From: Microbacteriaceae bacterium
GTDB taxonomy: Bacteria; Actinomycetota; Actinomycetes; Actinomycetales; Microbacteriaceae
Assembly: GCA_022701925.1 (NCBI GenBank)
Contig: JAKONM010000205.1
Span: forward strand, 1 to 54,574
DNA length: 54,574 bases
Direction of reading: 5' to 3'
Under the pieces are notes generated by a model, which had not been told where the DNA came from, ran no database searches, and was given only the letters and a program-made list of their open reading frames with translations. Positions 46,134-54,574 of the stretch are shown here, in pieces. Position numbers and translations under genes: made by a program. The first letter of the stretch is position 1. Each line of letters starts with the position of its first letter.

Positions 46134-47027
46134 TCAGCGGATGCCGCTGCGCGCGAAGCCCTGCACGAAGTACCGCTGGAAGACCAGGAAGAGCACGACC
46201 ATCGGCACCACGTCGAGCAGCGCGAAGGCCATCGTCGTGCCGTAGTCCGGGCCGTTCTCGCTCTGCAGGTAGAGCAGCCCGATCGGCAGCGTGAACAGCC
46301 GGTTCTCCTTCAGCGCGATCAGCGGCCAGGCGAAGTCGTTCCAGCTGGCCAGCAGGCTCATGAAGAACAGCACCGCCAGCAGCGGCTTGGAGAGGGGCAG
46401 CACCACGCTGCGGAAGACCCGCAGGTGCCCGGCGCCGTCCATGCGGGCCGCCTCGATCAGCTCCTTCGGGATGCCCAGCAGGAACTGCCGGGCGAGGAAC
46501 AGCCCGAACGCGCTGGCCGCCGTCGGCAGGATCACGGCCCAGTAGCTGCCGTAGAGCCCCAGGTCGGTGACCAGGCGGAACAGGGCGACCATGATCACCT
46601 GCACGGGCAGCGTCAGGGTGGCGAGCGCCACCAGGAACAGCGCGGTGGAGCCGCGGAACCGCAGGTGCGCGAAGGCGTACCCGGCCAGCATGTTCACGCC
46701 CACCGTCAGCACCGCGGTGGTGATCGCGATCGCCGTGGAGTTGCCGAACCAGGTCCATACGGGGAACGAGCCCAGCACCCGGTCGAAGTTCTCCAGGGTC
46801 AGGGTGCGGGGCACCAGCCGCAGGTCGCCGCCGAGCAGGTCCGAGCGGCTGGAGAGCGCGACGACCAGCATCCAGTACAGCGGGAACAGCACGACCGCGG
46901 CGACGACGACCGCCGCGAGGATCCGCGCCGCCAGGCCCAGGCGGGAGGCGCGGCGGGGGCGTCTCGGCGCGGCCGTTCGGCTCGACGGACGGACGGACGG
47001 GCGGGCGAGGGGGTCGGCGCGGGTCAT
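46134..47027 (-). CDS. Carbohydrate ABC permease
   Basis: EAARMDGA, WNDFAWPL. Confidence 0.93.
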   Translation of the reverse strand: MTRADPLARPSVRPSSRTAAPRRPRRASRLGLAARILAAVVVAAVVLFPLYWMLVVALSSRSDLLGGDLRLVPRTLTLENFDRVLGSFPVWTWFGNSTAIAITTAVLTVGVNMLAGYAFAHLRFRGSTALFLVALATLTLPVQVIMVALFRLVTDLGLYGSYWAVILPTAASAFGLFLARQFLLGIPKELIEAARMDGAGHLRVFRSVVLPLSKPLLAVLFFMSLLASWNDFAWPLIALKENRLFTLPIGLLYLQSENGPDYGTTMAFALLDVVPMVVLFLVFQRYFVQGFARSGIR

Positions 47028-47929
47028 CCGGTCAGGTCCTTCGTGCGGCTGGTGCGCCAGCGCACCGCGGTGAACACCAGGGCGAAGACCAGCAGCACCA
47101 TGCCGATCGCGGCCGCGTACCCCTGGTCCCGCACGACGAAGCCGTTCTGGTACGCGTAGGTCACGAGCACGCTGGTCGCGTCCTGGGGCCCGCCGCCGGT
47201 CATCACGAACACCAGGTCGAAGACCTGGAACGAGTAGATGACGTTGATGACCAGCAGGAAGAAGCTGGAGGGGCCGAGCAGCGGCACGGTGACCAGGCGC
47301 AGGCGCTGCCACCACGAGGTGCCGTCGAGCATCGCGGCCTCCTGCAGCTCGGGCGACAGCCCCTGCAGCCCCGCCAGGTAGATCAGCATGTTGAAACCGG
47401 TGCGCCACCACAGCGTGACGAGCACGATGGAGAGGAACGCGGCGGCCCCGCCCGACTGCCACTGCACGGCCGGCAGCCCGACGAAGCGCAGCAGCTCGTT
47501 CAGCACGCCGGAGTTCTCGTCGAACACCAGCAGCCCGATCAGTGCCGTCGCCACCCCGGACACCGCCATCGGCAGGATCAGGATCGAGCGGAACACCGCG
47601 CGGGCCGGCAGCACCGAGTTCAGCAGCAGCGCCGCGCCGAGCCCCAGCCCCATGGAGAGCGGGGTCGTGATCAGCGTGAACAGCAGCGTGTTGCCGGTGG
47701 AGCGCCAGAACACGGGGTCGGCCAGCAGGCGGGCGTAGTTGTCGAGGCCGGTGAAGACCCCGCCGCCGAAGCCGTCGGTGCGCTGGAAGCTGATCGACAC
47801 GGCCCAGGCCAGCGGCAGCAGCACGAACAGGCCGAGCAGCAGCAGGTTCGGTGCGATCAGCCCGTAGGCGACGGCGGTCTCACGGCCGCCGCGGGACCGG
47901 CGGCGTCGAGGGGCGGTGACGGCGGTCAC
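47024..47929 (-). CDS. Carbohydrate ABC permease
   Basis: YLAGLQ, EAAMLDG, GYAAA. Confidence 0.93.
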   Translation of the reverse strand: MTAVTAPRRRRSRGGRETAVAYGLIAPNLLLLGLFVLLPLAWAVSISFQRTDGFGGGVFTGLDNYARLLADPVFWRSTGNTLLFTLITTPLSMGLGLGAALLLNSVLPARAVFRSILILPMAVSGVATALIGLLVFDENSGVLNELLRFVGLPAVQWQSGGAAAFLSIVLVTLWWRTGFNMLIYLAGLQGLSPELQEAAMLDGTSWWQRLRLVTVPLLGPSSFFLLVINVIYSFQVFDLVFVMTGGGPQDATSVLVTYAYQNGFVVRDQGYAAAIGMVLLVFALVFTAVRWRTSRTKDLTG

Positions 47930-49227
47930 GCGCCCACGGCCCGGTCGATGCCGGAGGCCAGCGCCTGCACGGTCGCGTCCACGCCCCGGCCGCCGACGAA
48001 CGCCTGCTCGAGCCCGTCCTGCAGCACGCTGATGATCTTCGACATGTCGGGTGACGCCACCTGCGCGGAGTCCTCCGCCCGCACGGCGCGGGCCTGACCC
48101 AGCAGCACCGGCGTCAGCTCGGGCCGCACCGCGAACTCGATCCCGCCCTCCACCAGGTCCGCCCTCGTGGGCAGCAGCGAGGCCCGCTCGCAGAAGTCCC
48201 GCATCTGCGACTCCTGCGTCACGTGCTCGAAGAAGGCGGCGATCAGCTCGGCCTTGCCCTCCGCCCCCTTCGTCGCCACCAGCGCGTTGCCGCCGAAGTC
48301 CCCGCCGGCGCGCACGTTGCGGGGGGCCGGGGTCGCGGTCCAGTCGAACTTCAGCGCGCTGTCGGCGTCGGGGATGGCGAAGGCGCCGGAGAAGACCATG
48401 GCCGTGGTCTGGTCGTACCAGGTGTCCGCAGCGTAGGTCGTCGACTTCACGGAGTCGTTGGCGGGCACCAGCCGGTCCGGGAAGAACGAGCGGGTGAAGT
48501 CGACGGCGGTGCGGGCGGCGCGCGAGTCGATCGCGGACGCGGTGAGCGTCTCGTTCAGGAACCGCCCGTCGGCCTGGAACAGCCAGCTGAGCCAGCGGGT
48601 GACGCCGTTGCCCTGCCAGTTCACCGCGAACGGGTACTTCCGGTCCGGCTGCGCGCGGCGCAGGCGCTGCGCCACGGCGCGGAACTGCGACCACGTCCAG
48701 GCGTCGTCCGCCGTCTGCGGCACGGCGCCGACGCCGGCGTCGTCCAGGGCCCGCCGGTTCACGAAGACGACGGAGGTGTCGGTGTGGTGCGGCACCCCGT
48801 ACGGCTTCCCGCCGCTCTGCACGGCGGCCCAGGCCTGGGGCGTGAACCGGTCGGCGAACCCGGAGGACAGGTGCGGCGACAGGTCCAGCAGCTGCCCCTG
48901 CCCGGCGTAGGCGCCGAACGTGTAGTACGGCACGCGGAAGACGTCCGGCGGGTTGCCCGCCTGGATCTGCGCGTCGATGTTCGTGAACATCTGCTCGTAG
49001 GGCACGGCGTTCAGCTCGACGGTCGCGCCCGCGCGCGCCTTCTGGAAGGAGGCGATGGCCCGGCGGAAGCCGGTGAGCTCGGCCGAGGTGCCCCAGGTCG
49101 TGAAGGTGAGCGTCTGCGCGTCGGCGGACGGCGAGGCGCCGGTGGGGATGAAGCCGCATCCCGCCAGCGCGAGCGGCGCCGCGAGGACGCCTGCGCCGCC
49201 GATCAGCTGCCGCCTGGTGGGTTCCAT
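47926..49227 (-). CDS. Sugar ABC substrate-binding lipoprotein (Tat)
   Basis: TRRQLI signal, LAGC lipobox, PPDVF, YGVP. Confidence 0.9.
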   Translation of the reverse strand: MEPTRRQLIGGAGVLAAPLALAGCGFIPTGASPSADAQTLTFTTWGTSAELTGFRRAIASFQKARAGATVELNAVPYEQMFTNIDAQIQAGNPPDVFRVPYYTFGAYAGQGQLLDLSPHLSSGFADRFTPQAWAAVQSGGKPYGVPHHTDTSVVFVNRRALDDAGVGAVPQTADDAWTWSQFRAVAQRLRRAQPDRKYPFAVNWQGNGVTRWLSWLFQADGRFLNETLTASAIDSRAARTAVDFTRSFFPDRLVPANDSVKSTTYAADTWYDQTTAMVFSGAFAIPDADSALKFDWTATPAPRNVRAGGDFGGNALVATKGAEGKAELIAAFFEHVTQESQMRDFCERASLLPTRADLVEGGIEFAVRPELTPVLLGQARAVRAEDSAQVASPDMSKIISVLQDGLEQAFVGGRGVDATVQALASGIDRAVGA

Positions 49228-49321
49228 GGCGTCAGTGTTCCGACCGCGGGCTGGCAGCGCGGGGGAGCGGCCGCGCATCGGCGGCGCGCTCACATGCGAC
49301 GGGGGCGGACCCGGCGCCGGA

Positions 49322-49699
49322 TCAGTCCCGCAGCTGCGCCAGCAGGGCCGCCCCGTCGTCGGAGCCCGCGTGCTCGACCAGGCGTCCGGCGTGCACGCGG
49401 AAGAAGCCGAACTCGGCGACCCCGACGTGCCGCCCCGTCGCCCGGACGCCCCGCCAGTCGCCGCGATGGGTGCCGCGGGTGCGCAGGTGCGCCGCCAGCC
49501 GGTCCTCCTCCACCAGCACCGCGATGCGCTTCCACCGGTGGTCGGGGAAGGCGGTCAGCAGCTCGTCGAGGTCGCGCAGCCAGGCGTCGGCGCCGCGGGG
49601 CCGGCCGGCCCGGCGCACGTCCGTGGCCAGCAGCCCGCCGACCCGGACCAGGTCGTGGCTGTTGCAGGCGTCCAGCCAGTCGTCGAACCAGTCGCGCAC
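49322..49699 (-). CDS. SnoaL-like ester cyclase family protein
   Basis: AFPD, GTHRGDWRGVRATGR, EFGFFRV; start uncertain. Confidence 0.8.
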   Translation of the reverse strand: MRDWFDDWLDACNSHDLVRVGGLLATDVRRAGRPRGADAWLRDLDELLTAFPDHRWKRIAVLVEEDRLAAHLRTRGTHRGDWRGVRATGRHVGVAEFGFFRVHAGRLVEHAGSDDGAALLAQLRD

Positions 49700-49710
49700 C
49701 GCGTCGGGGT

Positions 49711-49839
49711 TCAGCGGGCGACCTCCGCGCCGTGGATCGGGCACCGCGGGCCGACGATGGTGGGGAAGAGCGGGCTGCCGCAGGTGCCGCAGAGCGGGCG
49801 GGCTGCGGTCGTGGAACGACCCTCGACGGTGAGCGACAT
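49711..49839 (-). CDS. 42-aa zinc-ribbon microprotein
   Basis: Manual translation MSLTVEGRSTTAARPLCGTCGSPLFPTIVGPRCPIHGAEVAR; CxxC...CxxH; below ORF-track cutoff. Confidence 0.6.
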   Translation of the reverse strand: MSLTVEGRSTTAARPLCGTCGSPLFPTIVGPRCPIHGAEVAR

Positions 49840-49927
49840 GCTCCAGATGATGAGGGATCAGTCCGTGAGGCGGCCGCTCGTGCGCCTCGCATCGGCTGTG
49901 ACCGCCGCTTCCCCGCATCCCGGCCGG

Positions 49928-50665
49928 TCAGGCGGAGAAGACGGCCGCGACGCCCCAGCGCACGCCGTCGGGCGCCACCACCAGCAGCGTGCCGGGCCGG
50001 CGCCCGGGCGCCCAGTCGACCGAGGCGGAGGTCAGCGCGCCCGCCCGCTGCAGCGCGCTGCGGGATCCGGCGACCGCGTCGCCGCCCGCGCCCGGGGACG
50101 CGTCCACCAGGGTCCAGGTCAGCCGCGCGTCGACGGCCGTGACGACCAGCACCGTCACGTGCCCGCCGTCCTGCCCGATCGAGGGCGGGTCCAGCCGCAG
50201 CGTCCGGCTGCCGGAGCCGGCGAACTCCAGGGTGTCCGAGCGGGTCGCCCGCCCCAGCACGCCGGGCAGCCGCCGCGCGTTGCGGTCGAGCCAGCCCGAC
50301 ACGCCGGCCCGGCCGGCGGCGGTCAGCGCCCGCACGAAGCCGTTGCGGTCCGCGGTGCCCGTGCGCACGACCGTCTCGACCGCGGCGGGGGTGCTCGCGG
50401 AGGCGGTCGGCGCCGGCCCGTCCGAGGCCGGCCGCGGCAGGACCGCAGCCGCGGCGAGCGCGGCGGCGGCGACGGCGACGAGTGCCGCGCCCGCCCGGCG
50501 CCGGGCGCGGGACGGGCGCGTCGGCGGCTCCGTCCCCGGTGCGCCCGGCTCGGGCTCGGGCGACGCGCTCCGCCCGCGGGAGTAGGCGGCCACGTCCTCG
50601 TCGGAGGCGCCGGGCCGGTACAGGCGCCGGCGCAGCGCCTCCTCCTGCTCGTCCGGAGGGGTCAC
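49928..50665 (-). CDS. LYRP-motif family single-pass membrane protein, copy 8
   Basis: LRRRLYRPGASDEDVAAY, one TM, FAGSGS, LLVVAPDGVRWGVAAVF. Confidence 0.85.
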   Translation of the reverse strand: MTPPDEQEEALRRRLYRPGASDEDVAAYSRGRSASPEPEPGAPGTEPPTRPSRARRRAGAALVAVAAAALAAAAVLPRPASDGPAPTASASTPAAVETVVRTGTADRNGFVRALTAAGRAGVSGWLDRNARRLPGVLGRATRSDTLEFAGSGSRTLRLDPPSIGQDGGHVTVLVVTAVDARLTWTLVDASPGAGGDAVAGSRSALQRAGALTSASVDWAPGRRPGTLLVVAPDGVRWGVAAVFSA

Positions 50666-50672
50666 CCGCGAG

Positions 50673-51581
50673 TCACCCGGTCGTGTCCGACGGGAACGCC
50701 TTCGGCACGACGACCTTCAGCGCCTCCAGGTCGATCGACAGGTCGACGGGGGTCCTGGCCCGCACCTCGCCGTCCAGCTCGACGTCCTGCGGCGGCACCG
50801 CCGTCAGCCGCGCCCGCTGGACGCTCGTCGAGTTGACGTCGGTCAGGGTGCGCGGCCGGCCCAGCGCCATCAGCAGCAGGCTGCGCAGCAGCTCGAGGCG
50901 GCGGTGGTCGCCCAGGTGGAACACGACGAGCCGGTCGTCGTCGGGGTCGATGCCGTCGCCGATCAGCATCCCGCCGTGGAAGCGGCCGTTCGCGACGATC
51001 AGCTGGTGGGTGCGGTAGGCCACGACGCCCCGCTCGGTCTCCAGCGAGGTGACGACCGCCCGGTGCCGCACCAGGGCGACCAGCCCGGTCAGCCCGTAGG
51101 CGGCGCGACCGAGCACCTTCTTCAACCCCGGGGGCACGCTCTGCGCCACGGCCACCGAGATGCCGACGGTCGCCACGTTGGCGAAGTGCTCGTCACCCGC
51201 CAGCCCCAGGTCGACGTCCGTGATCACCCCTCGGGCGATCAGCGCGAGGGCGGCGTCCGCGTCCATGGGCAGGCCCAGCGAGCGGGCGAAGTTGTTGGTG
51301 GTGCCGGTGGGCACCAGCCCCAGCACGGCGTCGCGGTGGGCGAACCGGCCGACGGCGGAGGAGACGGTGCCGTCCCCGCCGGCCAGCACGACCACGTCGG
51401 GCCCGTCGGCGATGGCCGCGTCCACCACGGCGCGCAGGTCGTCCTCGATCCGCCGCACCCCGATCAGGCGCAGGCCCGCCCGCTCGAAGCGCGCCTCCGC
51501 GCCCTCCAGCAGCCGGGCGCCGCGCCGCGACCGAGGGTTGACGACCAGGACGGCGGAGCGGCGTGCGGCGGGGGCGGGCAT
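50673..51581 (-). CDS. Diacylglycerol/lipid kinase family (YegS/BmrU-like)
   Basis: VNPRS, GGDGT, PTGTTNNFAR, ELDGE. Confidence 0.93.
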   Translation of the reverse strand: MPAPAARRSAVLVVNPRSRRGARLLEGAEARFERAGLRLIGVRRIEDDLRAVVDAAIADGPDVVVLAGGDGTVSSAVGRFAHRDAVLGLVPTGTTNNFARSLGLPMDADAALALIARGVITDVDLGLAGDEHFANVATVGISVAVAQSVPPGLKKVLGRAAYGLTGLVALVRHRAVVTSLETERGVVAYRTHQLIVANGRFHGGMLIGDGIDPDDDRLVVFHLGDHRRLELLRSLLLMALGRPRTLTDVNSTSVQRARLTAVPPQDVELDGEVRARTPVDLSIDLEALKVVVPKAFPSDTTG

Positions 51582-51627
51582 GCCGGTCAGGCTGCCAGGG
51601 CTTCCGATGCGCGACCGGTGCGCGGCA

Positions 51628-52413
51628 TCAGGACTTCTGCTCCGTCGGCCGCACCAGCACCTCGTTGACCGCGACGTGCCGCGGCCGCGTGACCATCCAG
51701 GTGATCGCGTCCGCGACGTCCTCGGCCAGCAGCAGCTGCACCTGCTCGTAGCGCGCCGCCTGCTTCCGCTGCAGGTCGGGCGACAGGTGGGTGCGCAGCT
51801 CCGTCTCCGTCGCGCCCGGCTCCACCAGGCCGACCCGCACGTGCCGCTCCGTGACCTCCTGCCGCAGCGACTCGCTGTACCCGCCGAGGCCGAACTTGGT
51901 CAGGGCGTAGGCGGCGGACCCCTCGCTGGCGCGTCGACCGCCGAGCGACGACACGTTCACCAGGTCCGCGACGCTCCGCAGCGGGTCGGCGGCGGCGCGC
52001 AGCAGGTGGGGGAGCGCGGCGTGGGTCAGCCGCAGCAGCGCCGCGGTGTTGATCTCGAGCATCCGCAGCTGGTCGTCCAGCGACCCGTCGACGACCGGGC
52101 CCAGCAGCATGACCCCGGCGTTGTTGACCAGCACGTCGAGGCGCCCGGTCGCCCCGATCGCCGCGTCGACCGCCCGCGTCGCCGCGTCCGCCTCGACGAG
52201 GTCGGCCGTCACGGGCACCAGGCGCTCGCCCAGCCGCTCCGCCAGGTCGCGCAGCCGGTCCTCCCGCCGGGCGACCGCCACCACGGTCGCGCCCTCCGCG
52301 TGCAGCGCCTGCGCGGTCGCGGCGCCGATGCCGCTCGAGGCGCCGGTCACCAGCGCCGTCGTGCCGGCCAGCCGTCCGGCGCCCGTCGTCGTGCCCATCG
52401 CTCCTCCGCTCAC
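51628..52413 (-). CDS. SDR oxidoreductase
   Basis: TGASSGIG, NNAGVM, YALTK, RPTEQ; start may be ATG 52398. Confidence 0.93.
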   Translation of the reverse strand: MSGGAMGTTTGAGRLAGTTALVTGASSGIGAATAQALHAEGATVVAVARREDRLRDLAERLGERLVPVTADLVEADAATRAVDAAIGATGRLDVLVNNAGVMLLGPVVDGSLDDQLRMLEINTAALLRLTHAALPHLLRAAADPLRSVADLVNVSSLGGRRASEGSAAYALTKFGLGGYSESLRQEVTERHVRVGLVEPGATETELRTHLSPDLQRKQAARYEQVQLLLAEDVADAITWMVTRPRHVAVNEVLVRPTEQKS

Positions 52414-53042
52414 GGCTGCAGCCGCTGGATCGACCAGCCCTCGCCGGCCGGGGAGTACACCAGGCGGTCGTGCAGCCGGGAGGGCCGCCCCTGCCAGAAC
52501 TCCACGCGCCGGGGCCGCACCAGCCAGGCGCCCCAGAAGGGCGGGCGCGGCACGTGCTCGGGGAAGCGGGCCCCCGCCTCCCGCACGGCCGCGTCCAGGT
52601 CCGCGCGGTCGGCCAGCGGCGCCGACTGGCGGCTCGCCCAGGCGCCCAGCTGCGAGCCGCGCGGGCGGGTGGCCCAGTAGGCGTCGCTCATCGCCGCCGG
52701 AGCGGGCTCGGCGTCGCCGTCGACCAGCACCTGCCGCTGCAGCGGGTACCAGGGGAACAGCAGCGAGACGCGCCCGTCGGCCGCCAGGGCCCGGCCCTTG
52801 CGCGAGCCCGAGTTCGTGACCAGCTCGAGCCGCCCCGCGGTCAGCCCCTTCAGCAGCACGGTGCGGCTGGTCGGCCCGGTGGCGTCCACCGTCGACAGCA
52901 CCATCGCGTTCGGCTCGGCGACGTCCGCCGCCTCCGCGTCGGCCAGCCAGGCGGCCAGCTGCGCGATCGGATCGGGGTCCAGATCGGCCTCGTCCAGCGC
53001 GCCGCGGTCGTAGTCCACGTGCCGATGGATGCTCTCCGCCAT
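52410..53042 (-). CDS. pdxH: Pyridoxamine 5'-phosphate oxidase
   Basis: RTVLLK, SRKG, SQLGAWAS, EFWQGRPSRLHDR. Confidence 0.96.
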   Translation of the reverse strand: MAESIHRHVDYDRGALDEADLDPDPIAQLAAWLADAEAADVAEPNAMVLSTVDATGPTSRTVLLKGLTAGRLELVTNSGSRKGRALAADGRVSLLFPWYPLQRQVLVDGDAEPAPAAMSDAYWATRPRGSQLGAWASRQSAPLADRADLDAAVREAGARFPEHVPRPPFWGAWLVRPRRVEFWQGRPSRLHDRLVYSPAGEGWSIQRLQP

Positions 53043-53096
53043 GGCCCCCATCGTGGCACTCAGCGCCTTCGCGGCCGGCCGGGTCAGGCTGGCGCG

Positions 53097-53558
53097 GTGC
53101 GCGCAGCCCCCACCGCGGACCGGTTCCTGGCCGGCTTCGCCGACCAGCGCCGCGCGGCGACGCCCGCCCAGCGGGTCGCCGCCCTGGACCGCATCCTCTG
53201 CGACCTGCGCCTGGCCGTCGAGCTGGAGGGTGAGGCGCTGCTGGACGACGACGGCGCGGTGCTGCTGGCCGCCGAGCGGCAGTTCGAGCGGCCCGGCGCC
53301 GTCGGCCGGGTGCTCGGCACCGCCGACCTGGCCCGGGTGCTGGAGCGCTACGCGGCGGACCCGCTCTACCGCCCCGACGACGCCGCGGACGCCCGCCTGC
53401 GCGTGGAGACGTGCGGCGCGCTGCTGCGCCGCCTCGCCGCGGAGCCCGACCTCGAGGGCCGGGCCCGCCTGCTGCGCCGCACGGACGAGGCGATCCGCAT
53501 CGAGGCGGGCGCGATCGGTCCGCTGCGGCGCCTGCGCCCGCGCCGCACGAGGTCCTGA
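53097..53558 (+). CDS. Hypothetical helical protein (ERQF family, copy 2)
   Basis: LDDDGAVLLAAERQFERPGAVGRVL; paralog at 43433. Confidence 0.75.
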   Translation: MRAAPTADRFLAGFADQRRAATPAQRVAALDRILCDLRLAVELEGEALLDDDGAVLLAAERQFERPGAVGRVLGTADLARVLERYAADPLYRPDDAADARLRVETCGALLRRLAAEPDLEGRARLLRRTDEAIRIEAGAIGPLRRLRPRRTRS

Positions 53559-53682
53559 CGCGGGCACGCGCCGCCTGACGCGACGGCCAGCGGCTGATCC
53601 GACGCCTCGCCCGGTCGTTCCAGCCGCTGCGCGTCGAGTCAGGAGCACGCCCGCCGACCCGCTGACGTGCCGCGGCGCGGCC

Positions 53683-53877
53683 TCAGTCCGCCTCGCGCAG
53701 CTCCCACGGCACCTCGCCGACCAGCACGACCGGCTGCTCCGGCGGCAGGTCGAACTCGCCGGGCAGGTCGAAGCCGCCCGTCACGCTGTGCCGGCCCAGG
53801 TGCACCGTGGTCTCCCGGCCGTCCCCGGTCCTCGCGGGCTCGTCGCCCAGGTGGTGCTCGTGCTCGAGGTCTCGCAT
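53683..53877 (-). CDS. Small acidic hypothetical protein (64 aa)
   Basis: GAGGAGG RBS before ATG 53877; high GC3. Confidence 0.6.
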   Translation of the reverse strand: MRDLEHEHHLGDEPARTGDGRETTVHLGRHSVTGGFDLPGEFDLPPEQPVVLVGEVPWELREAD

Positions 53878-53991
53878 GGTCCGATCCTCCTCGGGCCGCG
53901 CGGCCACGGCGCGACACGCCCCGCGCTCGCGTCGATCTCCCAGCCGACGCGAGCCGCTCGCCGAGCGGGTCGGGCGCCCAGCGTCAGCGGC

Positions 53992-54574
53992 TCAGCACTC
54001 CACCACGTTGACGGCGAGGCCGCCCCGGGCGGTCTCCTTGTACTCGTCGCGCATGTCCACGCCGGTCTGCCGCATGGTCTCGATCACGGCGTCCAGCGAG
54101 ACCAGGTGCCGCCCGTCGCCCTGCAGCGCCAGGCGCGCGGCGACCAGGGCCTTGGAGGCGCCCATCGCGTTCCGCTCGATGCAGGGCACCTGCACCAGGC
54201 CGCCGACCGGGTCGCACGTGAGGCCCAGGTTGTGCTCCATCGCGATCTCGGCCGCGTTCTCCACCTGGGCCGGGGTGCCGCCGAGCACCGCGCACAGCGC
54301 GCCCGCGGCCATCGAGCTGGCCGAGCCGACCTCGCCCTGGCAGCCGCTCTCGGCGCCGCTGATGGACGCGTTGCCCGCGCAGAGCGAGCCGATGGCGGTC
54401 GCGGTCAGCAGGAAGCGCCGCGCCAGGTCGGCCCGGGCCGCCTCGTCCCCGTCGGGCAGCCGCAGCGCGAGGGCGTGCAGCAGCACGGCGGGCACGATGC
54501 CTGCGGCGCCGTTCGTGGGCGCGGTGACGACCCGGCCGCCCGCGGCGTTCTCCTCGTTGACGGCCAGCGCGAAC
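53992..54574 (-). CDS. sdaA: L-serine dehydratase, C-terminal part (runs off window end)
   Basis: [34 protein letters not shown]. Confidence 0.95.
   Translation of the reverse strand, partial: FALAVNEENAAGGRVVTAPTNGAAGIVPAVLLHALALRLPDGDEAARADLARRFLLTATAIGSLCAGNASISGAESGCQGEVGSASSMAAGALCAVLGGTPAQVENAAEIAMEHNLGLTCDPVGGLVQVPCIERNAMGASKALVAARLALQGDGRHLVSLDAVIETMRQTGVDMRDEYKETARGGLAVNVVEC

Noticed and set aside
46985-47000. GACG tetranucleotide run as a phase-variation tract
   Set aside because: Only about four units, inside a low-complexity N-terminal coding linker.
53360-53390. PLYRPDDA in the 53097-53558 protein as a ninth LYRP member
   Set aside because: Motif is internal, lacks the preceding LRRR helix, and the protein has no TM or C-terminal W motif.

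Overview
High-GC, gene-dense actinobacterial chromosome segment. Gene content and motifs suggest Microbacteriaceae, possibly Amnibacterium-like (inference). It holds about 55 CDSs: two NarL-type two-component systems, several oxidoreductases, a complete N-acetylglucosamine/chitobiose locus (RpiR regulator, SIS protein, NgcEFG-like ABC, GH3, nagB, nagA, kinase, GNAT, CBM9-like), a second sugar ABC, MFS+MarR, a carotenoid oxygenase, a desaturase, cspA, pdxH and partial sdaA. I saw no tRNA, rRNA, CRISPR array or classical transposase. Four things are not explained by ordinary annotation. (1) Eight dispersed, divergent paralogs of a single-pass membrane protein family with an N-terminal LxxxLYRP motif. 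(2) A ~190-nt candidate structured RNA with six tandem 7-nt units directly after a DIP1984-family gene. (3) An AbiEi-like/nuclease-like gene bracketed by ~50-bp palindromic inverted repeats, sitting between nagB and nagA. (4) A family of nested-palindrome GCGGATCCGC intergenic repeats. Start codons were chosen by eye and family assignments come from recognised motifs, not database searches.
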